Positions 17,601-25,695 of a DNA stretch of 64,000 nucleotides are shown here, piece after piece. Both the position numbers and the translations under genes were made by a program. The notes beneath the pieces are model-generated. The model was not told where the DNA came from. It did not search any database and was given only the letters and a program-made list of their open reading frames with translations. The first letter of the stretch is position 1; each line of letters starts with the position of its first letter. Source of the DNA: an uncultured Candidatus Saccharibacteria bacterium (GTDB taxonomy: Bacteria; Patescibacteriota; Minisyncoccia; Phycocordibacterales; GWA1-40-21); the NCBI GenBank assembly GCA_964605355.1, contig CAZSCE010000001.1:103-64102 (forward strand), read 5' to 3'.

Positions 17601-19001
17601 ATGTCACAACAAACTGTAAAAAAAAGTGTCACCAGGATTCCCCCAAATAATATTGATTCTGAGCGCGCCCTTTTGGGCTCCATCATGCTCCGGCCAGAAG
17701 CTATTCATGAAATCATGGACATAATTAAGGCTGATGCTTTTTATGCGGAAAAACACCGGATTATTTTTCAGGCGATGGGTGAGATTTTTCAGCGCAATGA
17801 ACCAATTGACCTTCTCACCATTTCTGCCCGTTTGACCGAAAAAAACCAGTTGGATCACACTGGTGGCACCGGCTATCTCACAGAATTAGTGAACTTAGTT
17901 CCCTCATCAGCTAACGCTGAGCATTATGCGGAAATTGTGCAGAAAAAATATGTGATGCGCCAACTGATTGAAGCCTCGGAACATATTTCACTTTTGGGTT
18001 ATGAAGAGGCTGAGGACCTCAGTACCCTGCTTGATTTAGCTGAGAAAAAAATATATGAAGTGACCCAAGGAAAAACTTCTAATAAATTTGTGGAGATTAA
18101 AGATATATTAGCGGAAGCCTGGGAGCGTGCTGATAAATTACATAAGAGTAAAGATGAGCTCCGTGGAATTCCTACCGGCTTTCGTGATTTGGACGCTAAA
18201 CTGTCAGGTCTTCAAAAATCAGATTTAATTATTCTTGCCGCCCGCCCTTCTATGGGAAAAACTTCCCTGGCCCTAGATATTGCCCGCCAGGCCGCTATCA
18301 AACATAATGTTCCTGTTGCTATCTTCTCCTTGGAAATGTCAAACCAGCAATTAGTGGACCGTATGATTGCCGCTGAATCACGAGTGGATTCCTGGAAATT
18401 ACGTACTGGTAAATTAACTTTGGAGAGTGATTTTGACCGTATTCGTGATTCCCTGGGTGTCTTGGCCAAGGCCCCTATCTTTGTGGATGATCAGCCTGCC
18501 AACAATATTTTGAAAATGCGCGGTGTGGTGCGCCGATTAAAAAATGAAAAAGGAATTGGCCTAGTGGTGGTGGACTACCTACAACTCATGGCACCAGTAC
18601 AAAATAAAAATAATGATAATTTGGTTCAGCAAATAACAGAGATTTCCCGCTCGCTAAAGCATTTGGCTCGTGAATTTGATGTGCCGGTATTAGCCCTTTC
18701 CCAGCTTTCTCGTGCGGTGGAACAACGTGGAGGCCGTCCCCGCCTTTCAGACTTACGTGATTCTGGTTCTATTGAGCAGGATGCGGATGTAGTTATGTTT
18801 ATTCACAGTGAAGACAGATATAAAGATGAATCCGAGCATACCAATATTACTGAAATCCTGATTGAAAAGCACAGAAACGGCCCCACCGGTGTGGTACAGC
18901 TGTTCTTTGATAAAAATAAAACCAGCTTTATGGACATTGATAGAAATTCTGATTTCAAGGATTTTGACGGGGCGGCAAAGTCAGATGGTGGCGTGTTTTA
19001 A
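17601..19001 (+). CDS. dnaB: replicative DNA helicase DnaB
   Basis: N-terminal ...IPPNNIDSERALLGSIMLRPEAIHEI..., a RecA-like domain with ARPSMGKTSLALDIA (Walker A) and VVVDYLQLM (Walker B). No intein insertion. Confidence 0.95.
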   Translation: MSQQTVKKSVTRIPPNNIDSERALLGSIMLRPEAIHEIMDIIKADAFYAEKHRIIFQAMGEIFQRNEPIDLLTISARLTEKNQLDHTGGTGYLTELVNLVPSSANAEHYAEIVQKKYVMRQLIEASEHISLLGYEEAEDLSTLLDLAEKKIYEVTQGKTSNKFVEIKDILAEAWERADKLHKSKDELRGIPTGFRDLDAKLSGLQKSDLIILAARPSMGKTSLALDIARQAAIKHNVPVAIFSLEMSNQQLVDRMIAAESRVDSWKLRTGKLTLESDFDRIRDSLGVLAKAPIFVDDQPANNILKMRGVVRRLKNEKGIGLVVVDYLQLMAPVQNKNNDNLVQQITEISRSLKHLAREFDVPVLALSQLSRAVEQRGGRPRLSDLRDSGSIEQDADVVMFIHSEDRYKDESEHTNITEILIEKHRNGPTGVVQLFFDKNKTSFMDIDRNSDFKDFDGAAKSDGGVF

Positions 19002-19023
19002 AATACTATACTAATATATTCAG

Positions 19024-19641
19024 ATGGACACCATAGACAAGCTAACCGAAATATTTAGAAGCTTCCCGGGGATTGGCCCACGCCAAGCCAAACGCTTTGT
19101 GTATTTTTTACTGACCAGAAATAAAAGTTATATAAAAGACTTTGTGAGCCTGGTGGAAGAATTACAGAAAGAGATCCAGATCTGCTCCGAATGTTTTCAA
19201 TATTTTACTAAAAATAAATCGGCCACCCCACTTTGTGAAATCTGTAATAGTAAGAACCGTGATGAAAATGTACTGATGATAGTGGCTCGGGATATTGATT
19301 TGGAAAATATTGAAAAAAGCCATTCCTTTAATGGCAAATATTTTGTGCTGGGTGGCACGGTACCAATTCTAGAAAAGAATCCAGAAAATAGAATTCATTT
19401 AAAAGAACTGCTCTCCGCTATAGAAAACAAAGTAAAAAAGGGTTTGAAGGAAATAATTTTAGGTTTTAGTATTAATCCAGAAAGTGAATATACGGCTGAC
19501 TTTGTTATCCTGTCCCTTTCCCCACTTATTTCAAAATATAATTTAAAAATCTCCCACCTCGGCCGCGGCCTCTCCACCGGTACGGAACTTGAATACTCTG
19601 ACGCTGACACCATCAAAAGCGCGCTAGAAAATAGAAAATAA
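19024..19641 (+). CDS. recR: recombination protein RecR
   Basis: The HhH motif (FPGIGPRQAKRFVYFLL), a C4 zinc finger (CSECFQYF...CEICN) and a Toprim domain are present. Confidence 0.9.
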   Translation: MDTIDKLTEIFRSFPGIGPRQAKRFVYFLLTRNKSYIKDFVSLVEELQKEIQICSECFQYFTKNKSATPLCEICNSKNRDENVLMIVARDIDLENIEKSHSFNGKYFVLGGTVPILEKNPENRIHLKELLSAIENKVKKGLKEIILGFSINPESEYTADFVILSLSPLISKYNLKISHLGRGLSTGTELEYSDADTIKSALENRK

Positions 19642-19643
19642 AT

Positions 19644-21293
19644 CTATTTCTTATGTTTTGTGGAAGCCCGGATAAAAGCGGTGAAAAGTGGGTGGGGGGC
19701 CAGAGGGCGGGCGAGGAATTCGGGGTGGAACTGGGTACCAAGGAAGAAAGGGTGCTGGGATTTTGGGAGTTCGGCAATTTCCATCAGGATTCCATCCGGT
19801 GATTTACCAGAAAATACCAAACCAGCATCTGTGAGCTTCTTTATATAATCTGGATTTACTTCATAACGGTGACGGTGACGCTCCTCTACCGCATCTTTCC
19901 TGTATGCTTCATAGGCCACTGTTCCCCTGCTCAAAACCGCTTCATAAGCCCCCAGGCGCATACTTCCCCCATAATTCCCCTCAGCGATCTTTTTCTTCTG
20001 GTCCGGCATAATATCAATCACCAAGGCGCTTGATTTTGGATTTATCTCTGCCGTATTGGCATCCCGCAATTTCAAAACATTTCTGGCGTATTCAATAACC
20101 AAAAGTTGCATACCATAACAAAGTCCAAAATAAGGAATTTTATGTTCGCGCGCGTATTTAATTACGGAAATAATTCCCTCTATCCCGGTAGAGCCAAATC
20201 CACCTGGCACTAATATACCGTCATATTTACTGAGATCTTTTAGTTTTTTTGGATCCTTTTCAAAAGTTTGTGAACCAATATAATGAAGTTTCATCTTATG
20301 ATTCAGTTTGTAGGCAGAATATTTCAAAGCTTCCAAGACAGAAATATACACATCGGAAAGAATAAAATCTCCAGAGCTAAAGTATTTCCCCACCACCGCA
20401 ATATTCACTTCTTTTTTAACTGATTTTGATTTTTTCACAAAAGCTTGCCATGGTCCAAAATCTAACGGCTTTTTCTTCAAATCTAGTTTTAAAACTTCTG
20501 CCAGAACAGCGCTCAAATTATCCCGCTCAAAATTAATTGGCACATCATAAATACTTTCTACATCCGGTGCTGAGATAACCCCCTCCGGCTTGATATTACA
20601 AAACATGGCTATCTTATCTTTTCTCTTTTGATCCAAGGGGACTGAGGCGCGGGCAATAATCACATCTGTCTGAATACCGGCGCTGTTTAAAGTACGGGAG
20701 GCATACTGAGTAGGCTTGGTTTTCATCTCGCCAATTTTTGAGGGAATAGGTAAATAACTAACCATCACAAAAGCCACATCATCATGTGACTTACTTTTCA
20801 TCATACGGGCGGCCTCTAGGAAAAGCATATTTTGATACTCACCTATTGTCCCGCCAATCTCAATAATGGTTATGTCCGCATTGGCCTTATCAGAAGCGTG
20901 CTCTATCCTCTTTATTATTTCAAAAGGAATGTCCGGCACCACCTCCACATTTTTTCCTTTGTATTCCAAATTTCTCTCTTTCCTGATTACTTCCTGATAC
21001 ACCCGGCCGGTGGTCATATAATTTGTCCTGGTCAATGAAACATTGAGAAACCTTTCATAGTTTCCCATGTCCTGATCACATTCATCACCATCTTCCAGCA
21101 CAAATACTTCACCATGCTCCGTGGGGTTCATGGTGCCCGCATCCACATTAATATATGGATCAATTTTAATCATAGTCACCACAAATCCTCTAGCCTTAAA
21201 AATAGCCCCTATTGATGATGCGGCAATTCCTTTACCCACGCCGGACATCACCCCACCTGTTACGAAAATGTATTTATGTATTTTATTATTCAC
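19644..21293 (-). CDS. pyrG: CTP synthase
   Basis: YIFVTGGVMSGVGKGIAASSIGAIFKARGFVVTMIKIDPYINVDAGTMNPTEHGEVFVLEDG is the hallmark PyrG N-terminus. The C-terminal GATase domain has GLCYGMQ and HPEF. Confidence 0.95.
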   Translation of the reverse strand: MNNKIHKYIFVTGGVMSGVGKGIAASSIGAIFKARGFVVTMIKIDPYINVDAGTMNPTEHGEVFVLEDGDECDQDMGNYERFLNVSLTRTNYMTTGRVYQEVIRKERNLEYKGKNVEVVPDIPFEIIKRIEHASDKANADITIIEIGGTIGEYQNMLFLEAARMMKSKSHDDVAFVMVSYLPIPSKIGEMKTKPTQYASRTLNSAGIQTDVIIARASVPLDQKRKDKIAMFCNIKPEGVISAPDVESIYDVPINFERDNLSAVLAEVLKLDLKKKPLDFGPWQAFVKKSKSVKKEVNIAVVGKYFSSGDFILSDVYISVLEALKYSAYKLNHKMKLHYIGSQTFEKDPKKLKDLSKYDGILVPGGFGSTGIEGIISVIKYAREHKIPYFGLCYGMQLLVIEYARNVLKLRDANTAEINPKSSALVIDIMPDQKKKIAEGNYGGSMRLGAYEAVLSRGTVAYEAYRKDAVEERHRHRYEVNPDYIKKLTDAGLVFSGKSPDGILMEIAELPKSQHPFFLGTQFHPEFLARPLAPHPLFTAFIRASTKHKK

Positions 21294-21325
21294 TTTTTAT
21301 AAATTAACTAATAAATTTTACAGAA

Positions 21326-21352
21326 GAAAACCGCCTTTTCGGGGGCGGTTCT
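21326..21352 (-). terminator. intrinsic terminator of rplU (AACCGCC-loop-GGCGGTT then U-run on the minus strand)
   Basis: The hairpin overlaps the rplU stop codon and is followed by a T-run in the direction of minus-strand transcription. Confidence 0.5.
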
Positions 21353-21668
21353 ACTTGATGGCGTCAATTTTGATTTTAAAGAATGGCTGGCGGTGGCCGT
21401 TTTTCTTGAAATAGCGGCTCTTTTGTTTAAAGTGAATAACGGTGATTTTCTGAGCGCGGCCTATTTCCTCTAGGGTAGCCTTTACCTCGGCGCCTTTAAT
21501 GGTAGGGGTGCCAATGGTGGTGTCTTTGCCATTATCTACCAAGAGAACCTGGTCAAAAGTAAGCTTGTCACCTACGGCAAATTTACCGGTGATTTTCTCA
21601 ATTTTAAGAGTATCTCCCACGGAGACTTTATATTGCTTTCCACCTGTTTTTATCACGGCAAATTCCAT
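21351..21668 (-). CDS. rplU: 50S ribosomal protein L21
   Basis: MEFAVIKTGGKQYKVSVGDTLKIEKI...VLLV...KGAEVKATLEEIGRAQKITVIHFKQKSRYFKKNGHRQPFFKIKIDAI is an L21 signature. No L27 gene follows. Confidence 0.9.
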   Translation of the reverse strand: MEFAVIKTGGKQYKVSVGDTLKIEKITGKFAVGDKLTFDQVLLVDNGKDTTIGTPTIKGAEVKATLEEIGRAQKITVIHFKQKSRYFKKNGHRQPFFKIKIDAIK

Positions 21669-21725
21669 AAGGTGTATATTACACGATTTTTAAATAAATG
21701 CAAGAACAAGGCAATAATTGTTTGA

Positions 21726-21779
21726 TTTTAAAATGTCTGGTTGAGCCGTTCTATGGGCGACCCGAGGACTTTTAAAATT
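21726..21779. repeat. left copy of a roughly 54-bp inverted repeat pair flanking rmuC (partner 22940..22994)
   Basis: TTTTAAAATGTCTGGTTGAGCC...GGCGACCCGAGGACTTTTAAAATT is the reverse complement of 22940..22994 at about 45/54 positions. The divergence is confined to the central 9-10 nt. Confidence 0.8.
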
Positions 21780-21802
21780 AAATAATTATTGCCCTGTTCG
21801 TA

Positions 21803-22864
21803 TTATTCTTCCGTCTCTGGGCGGGAAACCTCCAGTAATTCAATGTCTGATTCTACGCCAGTGATGCGCACCACATCTTTATCAATCTTTTTAAATTCTT
21901 TATTGGACGCATTAAAATGATTCACGGTGGTGGCCAGGGCATTACCCAGCTTGCCTTGATACTCCTCAAAGGTCTTTAAATGCTTTTGCAGACCCTCTAC
22001 ATTCTTCCTTATTTCCATAGCACTTTCCTCTATCTGCATAGCCTTTAGGCCCTGCAAAACAGTCTGCAAATAAGCTAAAAATGAAGTGGGTGACACAATT
22101 ATCACCTTGTATTTATTGGCCGCGCGCTGAATTAAATTATCCGTTTCCTCCGTAATAGCCCCAATTTTATTTACCAGTAAATCATAATAAATAGCCTCGT
22201 GCGGGATGAACATAAAGGCAAAATCCATGGTTCCCTCTTTAGGCCGAATATATTTTGAGGTTTCTTGGATGCGTAATTTCAAATCATTTACAAAAGCTTT
22301 TTCCAGCTTTTCTTTTTCCTGTGGATTCTGCTCCACACTTAATTTATTATAATTCTCCAAAGAAAATTTGGAGTCCACGGGGATTATTTTTTCTTTCACA
22401 AAAACGGCGGCGTCCACTATCTCACCATTAGCAAAAGCATATTGCATTTTATATTGCGTGGGTGCTAAAACATTTTGTAAAAGAGTTTCTAGATAATATT
22501 CACCCAGTATTCCGCGGTGCTTTGGGTTCTTTAAAATATCCTGGAGGGACTGGAGCTGATCCGCAAAACTAACTACTTGTTTATTTGTCTCATCTAGTTT
22601 AGTCAGGCCTTGGGTCACATCCTTTATTAACTTAGCTGATTCACTAAACTGATTCCTAACTGATTCATTCATATGCTTGGCATTCTCACTAATTTTACTA
22701 TCCATAGTGCGGGAGAGCTCATTTATCTGCTGTAAAATAAGGTTTAGGCCGGTATCGTCCTTCTTTTCCTCAGCGGGGGTCTTCTTACTATTTATATTTA
22801 GCCAAATAAGAATAGCTAATGCCAGAAAAACTAATATTAAAACAATAATTATAATTATTTCCAT
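21803..22864 (-). CDS. rmuC: DNA recombination protein RmuC
   Basis: N-terminal TM helix, a long coiled coil, then KHRGILGEYYLETLLQNVL (the RmuC RGxxGExxLE motif) and DFAFMFIPHEAIY. The start is set at the internal Met (MEIIIII..., 22864), which lies just behind a perfect TATAAT. The track start at 22978 lies inside the upstream inverted repeat. Confidence 0.8.
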   Translation of the reverse strand: MEIIIIIVLILVFLALAILIWLNINSKKTPAEEKKDDTGLNLILQQINELSRTMDSKISENAKHMNESVRNQFSESAKLIKDVTQGLTKLDETNKQVVSFADQLQSLQDILKNPKHRGILGEYYLETLLQNVLAPTQYKMQYAFANGEIVDAAVFVKEKIIPVDSKFSLENYNKLSVEQNPQEKEKLEKAFVNDLKLRIQETSKYIRPKEGTMDFAFMFIPHEAIYYDLLVNKIGAITEETDNLIQRAANKYKVIIVSPTSFLAYLQTVLQGLKAMQIEESAMEIRKNVEGLQKHLKTFEEYQGKLGNALATTVNHFNASNKEFKKIDKDVVRITGVESDIELLEVSRPETEE

Positions 22865-22939
22865 ATGTAGAGTATTATACCAATTAAAGGCAAAATGTGA
22901 TAGTATTTTAAGTATATAAGCACGGAAGTAAAGATGTTT

Positions 22940-22994
22940 AATTTTAAAAGTCCTCGGGTCGCCAACAGTAAGGCTCAACCAGACATTTTAAAAT
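22940..22994. repeat. right copy of the inverted repeat pair flanking rmuC
   Basis: See 21726..21779. It lies about 75 nt upstream of the inferred rmuC start and promoter. Confidence 0.8.
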
Positions 22995-23027
22995 CAAACC
23001 TCTCTACTTCCTTAATAATATATTACG

Positions 23028-23483
23028 ATGTCATTACAACAAACTATGCGTGATGGGATAAAGGCAGCCATGATTGCCAAAGATGCAGTCCGGCTAACCG
23101 TGCTCCGTGGCTTGATTTCTGCTTTTACTAATGAATCAGTGGCCAAGGGTAAAACCCCTCAGGATGAATTAGCAGATGAAGATGCTGTAGCAGTTATAAA
23201 GCGCGCGGTCAAACAAAGAAAAGATTCCATTGATCAATTTACCAAAGGCAACAGACTGGATTTGGTGGAGACTGAAAATGCGGAATTAAAAATTTTAGAA
23301 ACTTTCTTGCCGCAAACTATGAGTAAAGAGGACATCAAAAAAATTGCCGAAGCAAAAAAAGCAGAACTGGGCGTTACTGATAAAGCTGGTATGGGTAAAT
23401 TTATGGGCGCGGTGATGAAGGAACTAAAAGGCAAAGCAGATGGTAATGATGTAAAAGAAGTTATAGAAAGCTTGTTTAATTAA
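23028..23483 (+). CDS. yqeY: GatB/YqeY domain protein
   Basis: 151 aa, all-helical, with MRDGIKAAMIAKDAVRLTVLRGLISAF...AELKILETFLPQ...EDIKKIAEAKKAELGVTDKAGMGKFMGAVMKELKGKADG typical of YqeY. Confidence 0.8.
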   Translation: MSLQQTMRDGIKAAMIAKDAVRLTVLRGLISAFTNESVAKGKTPQDELADEDAVAVIKRAVKQRKDSIDQFTKGNRLDLVETENAELKILETFLPQTMSKEDIKKIAEAKKAELGVTDKAGMGKFMGAVMKELKGKADGNDVKEVIESLFN

Positions 23484-23492
23484 AATAATATT

Positions 23493-23759
23493 ATGAAGGA
23501 AGAACAACTGGATTTTTTAGGTAAATTACTACCCACTGACGTGATAGGTCTGACCGATAATCAGATTCATGCACTGGCAAATAATCACGAGTCTACCGTG
23601 GAAGGAAGAATGCTTTCACCTGAGAAGGCTGCCGTCAACGCAATGGGCAGTATGACTTATACTGAAGCTGATTTGGAAAAAGTATTAAACGCTATTAAAA
23701 ATATCCGGAGAGAAGCTGAACGTGAAGATGATAAGGATCTGGAATATTGGAAAAAATAA
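23493..23759 (+). CDS. hypothetical protein (88 aa, acidic)
   Basis: ORF only. No recognisable motif. Confidence 0.35.
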   Translation: MKEEQLDFLGKLLPTDVIGLTDNQIHALANNHESTVEGRMLSPEKAAVNAMGSMTYTEADLEKVLNAIKNIRREAEREDDKDLEYWKK

Positions 23760-23889
23760 AAGATAAGGAGGTTATCGAAGGTCTATTTAGCTAGAATACT
23801 CTAACTTGACAAAACACAATCTTATATTATATACTATAGTCTGGTCTTTAACGTAAACGTAGTATAAACTTCAAAAAATAGGGGGAGAC

Positions 23890-24126
23890 GTGAGTGGATA
23901 TGAACAGCTGGCTCATGAAGCAATGGAGCTTGTAAGAACAGGCGGGTTTTCTCACGAGGTGGCAGCAAAAATGATCTGTCGGTTGAAAGAGATTGTACCA
24001 AGGAATGGTCCCAAGAAGGTATTGAAAGAAATGGAGATACTGTTAAGGGGCCCGGCTCATCCAAGGACAAATCTACGGCAGGAGTCTATTAACCATCAAC
24101 TCCAAAGGGTTGATATATACGGCTAG
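23890..24126 (+). CDS. hypothetical small protein on a G+C-elevated cassette with its own promoter, GTG start and terminator
   Basis: TTGACA (23806..23811), an 18-nt spacer, TATACT (23830..23835), an AGGGGGAGA RBS 4 nt before the GTG at 23890, then an intrinsic terminator. Base composition is visibly richer in G+C than the flanks. Confidence 0.4.
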   Translation: MSGYEQLAHEAMELVRTGGFSHEVAAKMICRLKEIVPRNGPKKVLKEMEILLRGPAHPRTNLRQESINHQLQRVDIYG

Positions 24127-24132
24127 GATCCC

Positions 24133-24175
24133 AAAGGGTGCTCTCGCAACACGACCGAGCACCCTTTTCTAATTT
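24133..24175 (+). terminator. intrinsic terminator AAGGGTGCTC-loop-GAGCACCCTT then TTTCTAATTTT
   Basis: 10-bp stem followed by a T-run, directly after the 23890..24126 ORF. Confidence 0.7.
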
Positions 24176-24210
24176 TGAAAATTTCATAATTAATGCTATA
24201 TTTTCACCAC

Positions 24211-24283
24211 GGCCCTATCGTCTATCGGTTAGGACGGAGCCTTCTCAAGGCTCAAAGCGCGGTTCGATTCCGCGTAGGGTCAC
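24211..24283 (+). tRNA. tRNA-Glu (anticodon CTC)
   Basis: Manual cloverleaf: acceptor GGCCCTA/TAGGGTC, U8, D-arm GTCT-ATCGGTTA-GGAC, anticodon arm GAGCC-TTCTCAA-GGCTC (anticodon CTC at 34-36, U33, A37), a 4-nt variable loop, T-arm CGCGG-TTCGATT-CCGCG and discriminator A. CCA is not encoded. Confidence 0.75.
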
Positions 24284-24384
24284 AGATTTGTTAAGCCTTA
24301 TTTCATAAGCATTTTTTAGTGACGCTATTGGGGACAATGGAACACTTTTTTCTGTGGTATTTTTATGATAGAATGTACCCAATG

Positions 24385-24582
24385 AAAAAATTACTTAAAA
24401 ACATATTACGGTGGTCATTATATATTATTATAATATTATTGATTTGTAGTATCTTTTACATAAACCGAGGTAAAACTTTTTGTGAAATTAAGCTGACTAT
24501 TCTGGCTGGTCTCCAAAGGAGTGGATATACATCAAATCTATTGTCCCAACCAGAATACATTAAAGAAATGTGCCGAAAGTAG
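24385..24582 (+). CDS. small hydrophobic protein (hypothetical). The start may be 24319 or 24385.
   Basis: ORF with one predicted TM helix (SLYIIIILLICSIFYI). There is no supporting motif and the region has low coding confidence. Confidence 0.25.
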   Translation, partial: KKLLKNILRWSLYIIIILLICSIFYINRGKTFCEIKLTILAGLQRSGYTSNLLSQPEYIKEMCRK

Positions 24583-24674
24583 TATTTATACCACTTCAAA
24601 CACTCTATTCCACCCCTTCACTATTGTTTCAATAGTGTTCCATTCCAGGCTCTGTAGGCTCACAAAAGCTAAAA

Positions 24675-24700
24675 AAGACTGAACTACTTCAGTCTTTTTC
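24675..24700 (+). terminator. hairpin AAGACTGAA-ctac-TTCAGTCTT followed by a T-run
   Basis: Perfect 9-bp stem plus TTTTCGCTTTT, in an ORF-poor stretch downstream of tRNA-Glu. Confidence 0.55.
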
Positions 24701-24890
24701 GCTTTTGTGAAGACGGAAGCATGTTTTTTCAGCAGAAAAAACGGCTGAGTCCGGGGCTGGAGAAATCATTTTCGACGGAAAATGATTTACTGTGGCTCAC
24801 GCTATTCTGAATGCAAAGCATACCTAATTTTTCTCCTTGCTTTTTTTGTTAAAAAGAGTAATTTAATAAGCAGAACAGTTCTAATAAACA

Positions 24891-25136
24891 ATGGAGGGCT
24901 TTATGTGGTATTTTATTATTAGTCTCTTTATCATATTGTATATTCTCACTATTGGTGGACTTGGTTTTTTTGCACCAATTATTATGTGGGATTTGGGTCT
25001 GAGACTTAGGAAGCTTTCAAATTGGTTCTTCGAACCATCAATTACTTCTTTTGGTTCAAACCAATATTACCCAAGATGGAAATCCGTCTTGAAGGATTGG
25101 GGCTGTTTCTTCACATTTGGTCTATACAAACCATAA
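24891..25136 (+). CDS. small membrane protein (hypothetical)
   Basis: An AATGGAGGG RBS lies 5 nt upstream. Two predicted TM helices. A bidirectional terminator follows. Confidence 0.35.
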   Translation: MEGFMWYFIISLFIILYILTIGGLGFFAPIIMWDLGLRLRKLSNWFFEPSITSFGSNQYYPRWKSVLKDWGCFFTFGLYKP

Positions 25137-25153
25137 CCGCTCTCACGAGCAAG

Positions 25154-25190
25154 GAAAAACCGCCTTGCATCTGTGAGGCGGTTTTTCTTT
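25154..25190. terminator. bidirectional intrinsic terminator AAAAACCGCCT-loop-AGGCGGTTTTT
   Basis: Stem with A-run and T-run on either side, between the convergent 24891..25136 ORF and the hemerythrin gene. Confidence 0.65.
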
Positions 25191-25209
25191 TACCTATTTT
25201 TTAAAAATT

Positions 25210-25626
25210 TTATAACCCCTTCTCTATAAAGAAAGGGGCGTACATTTTATCGGCGGCTAAAATGTGAGTGGCAAGCCATTTGGTAGCAAAATCTGTGACG
25301 TCTTGAGCTAGTTTGTTAATATCTACACTCTCATCTTTTATTCTATCCATATATTCACCCGCCTGAATTCTAAACATGGTATGATATTTCATATGATGAG
25401 CCATATCCGAGTAAGCAAACTGATTAAAATATTTCTCCTCAGTGGCTAAATGATAAAAAGCATAATCTTTTAATTCATTAATGATGATAACTAATTTCTC
25501 TTTCTCTCCCTGCTTTGTATCAAGCATGTCATAAATCTGATTAGCAATCTCAAAAAAATGCTGATGCTGCTCATCTATAATCCCTATTCCCAATTTATAT
25601 TCATCCGTCCAAATAAATTTTGACAT
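25210..25626 (-). CDS. bacteriohemerythrin (hemerythrin HHE cation-binding domain protein)
   Basis: WTDEYKLGIGIIDEQHQHFFEIANQIYD..., with H...HxxxE and H....D spacing of iron ligands. 138 aa, typical size. Confidence 0.8.
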   Translation of the reverse strand: MSKFIWTDEYKLGIGIIDEQHQHFFEIANQIYDMLDTKQGEKEKLVIIINELKDYAFYHLATEEKYFNQFAYSDMAHHMKYHTMFRIQAGEYMDRIKDESVDINKLAQDVTDFATKWLATHILAADKMYAPFFIEKGL

Positions 25627-25695
25627 TTTATTTTAAATTAATCTGATATGCCTTATATAATACCATAGCTAATATCCGCAAACAAATCAAAGAGT

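Noticed and set aside
24211-24283. Search for a direct repeat of the tRNA-Glu 3' end downstream, which would mark an integrated element
   Set aside because: No copy of the 3' acceptor/T-arm sequence was found in the following 2 kb. An integration island therefore cannot be asserted, although the region remains unusual.
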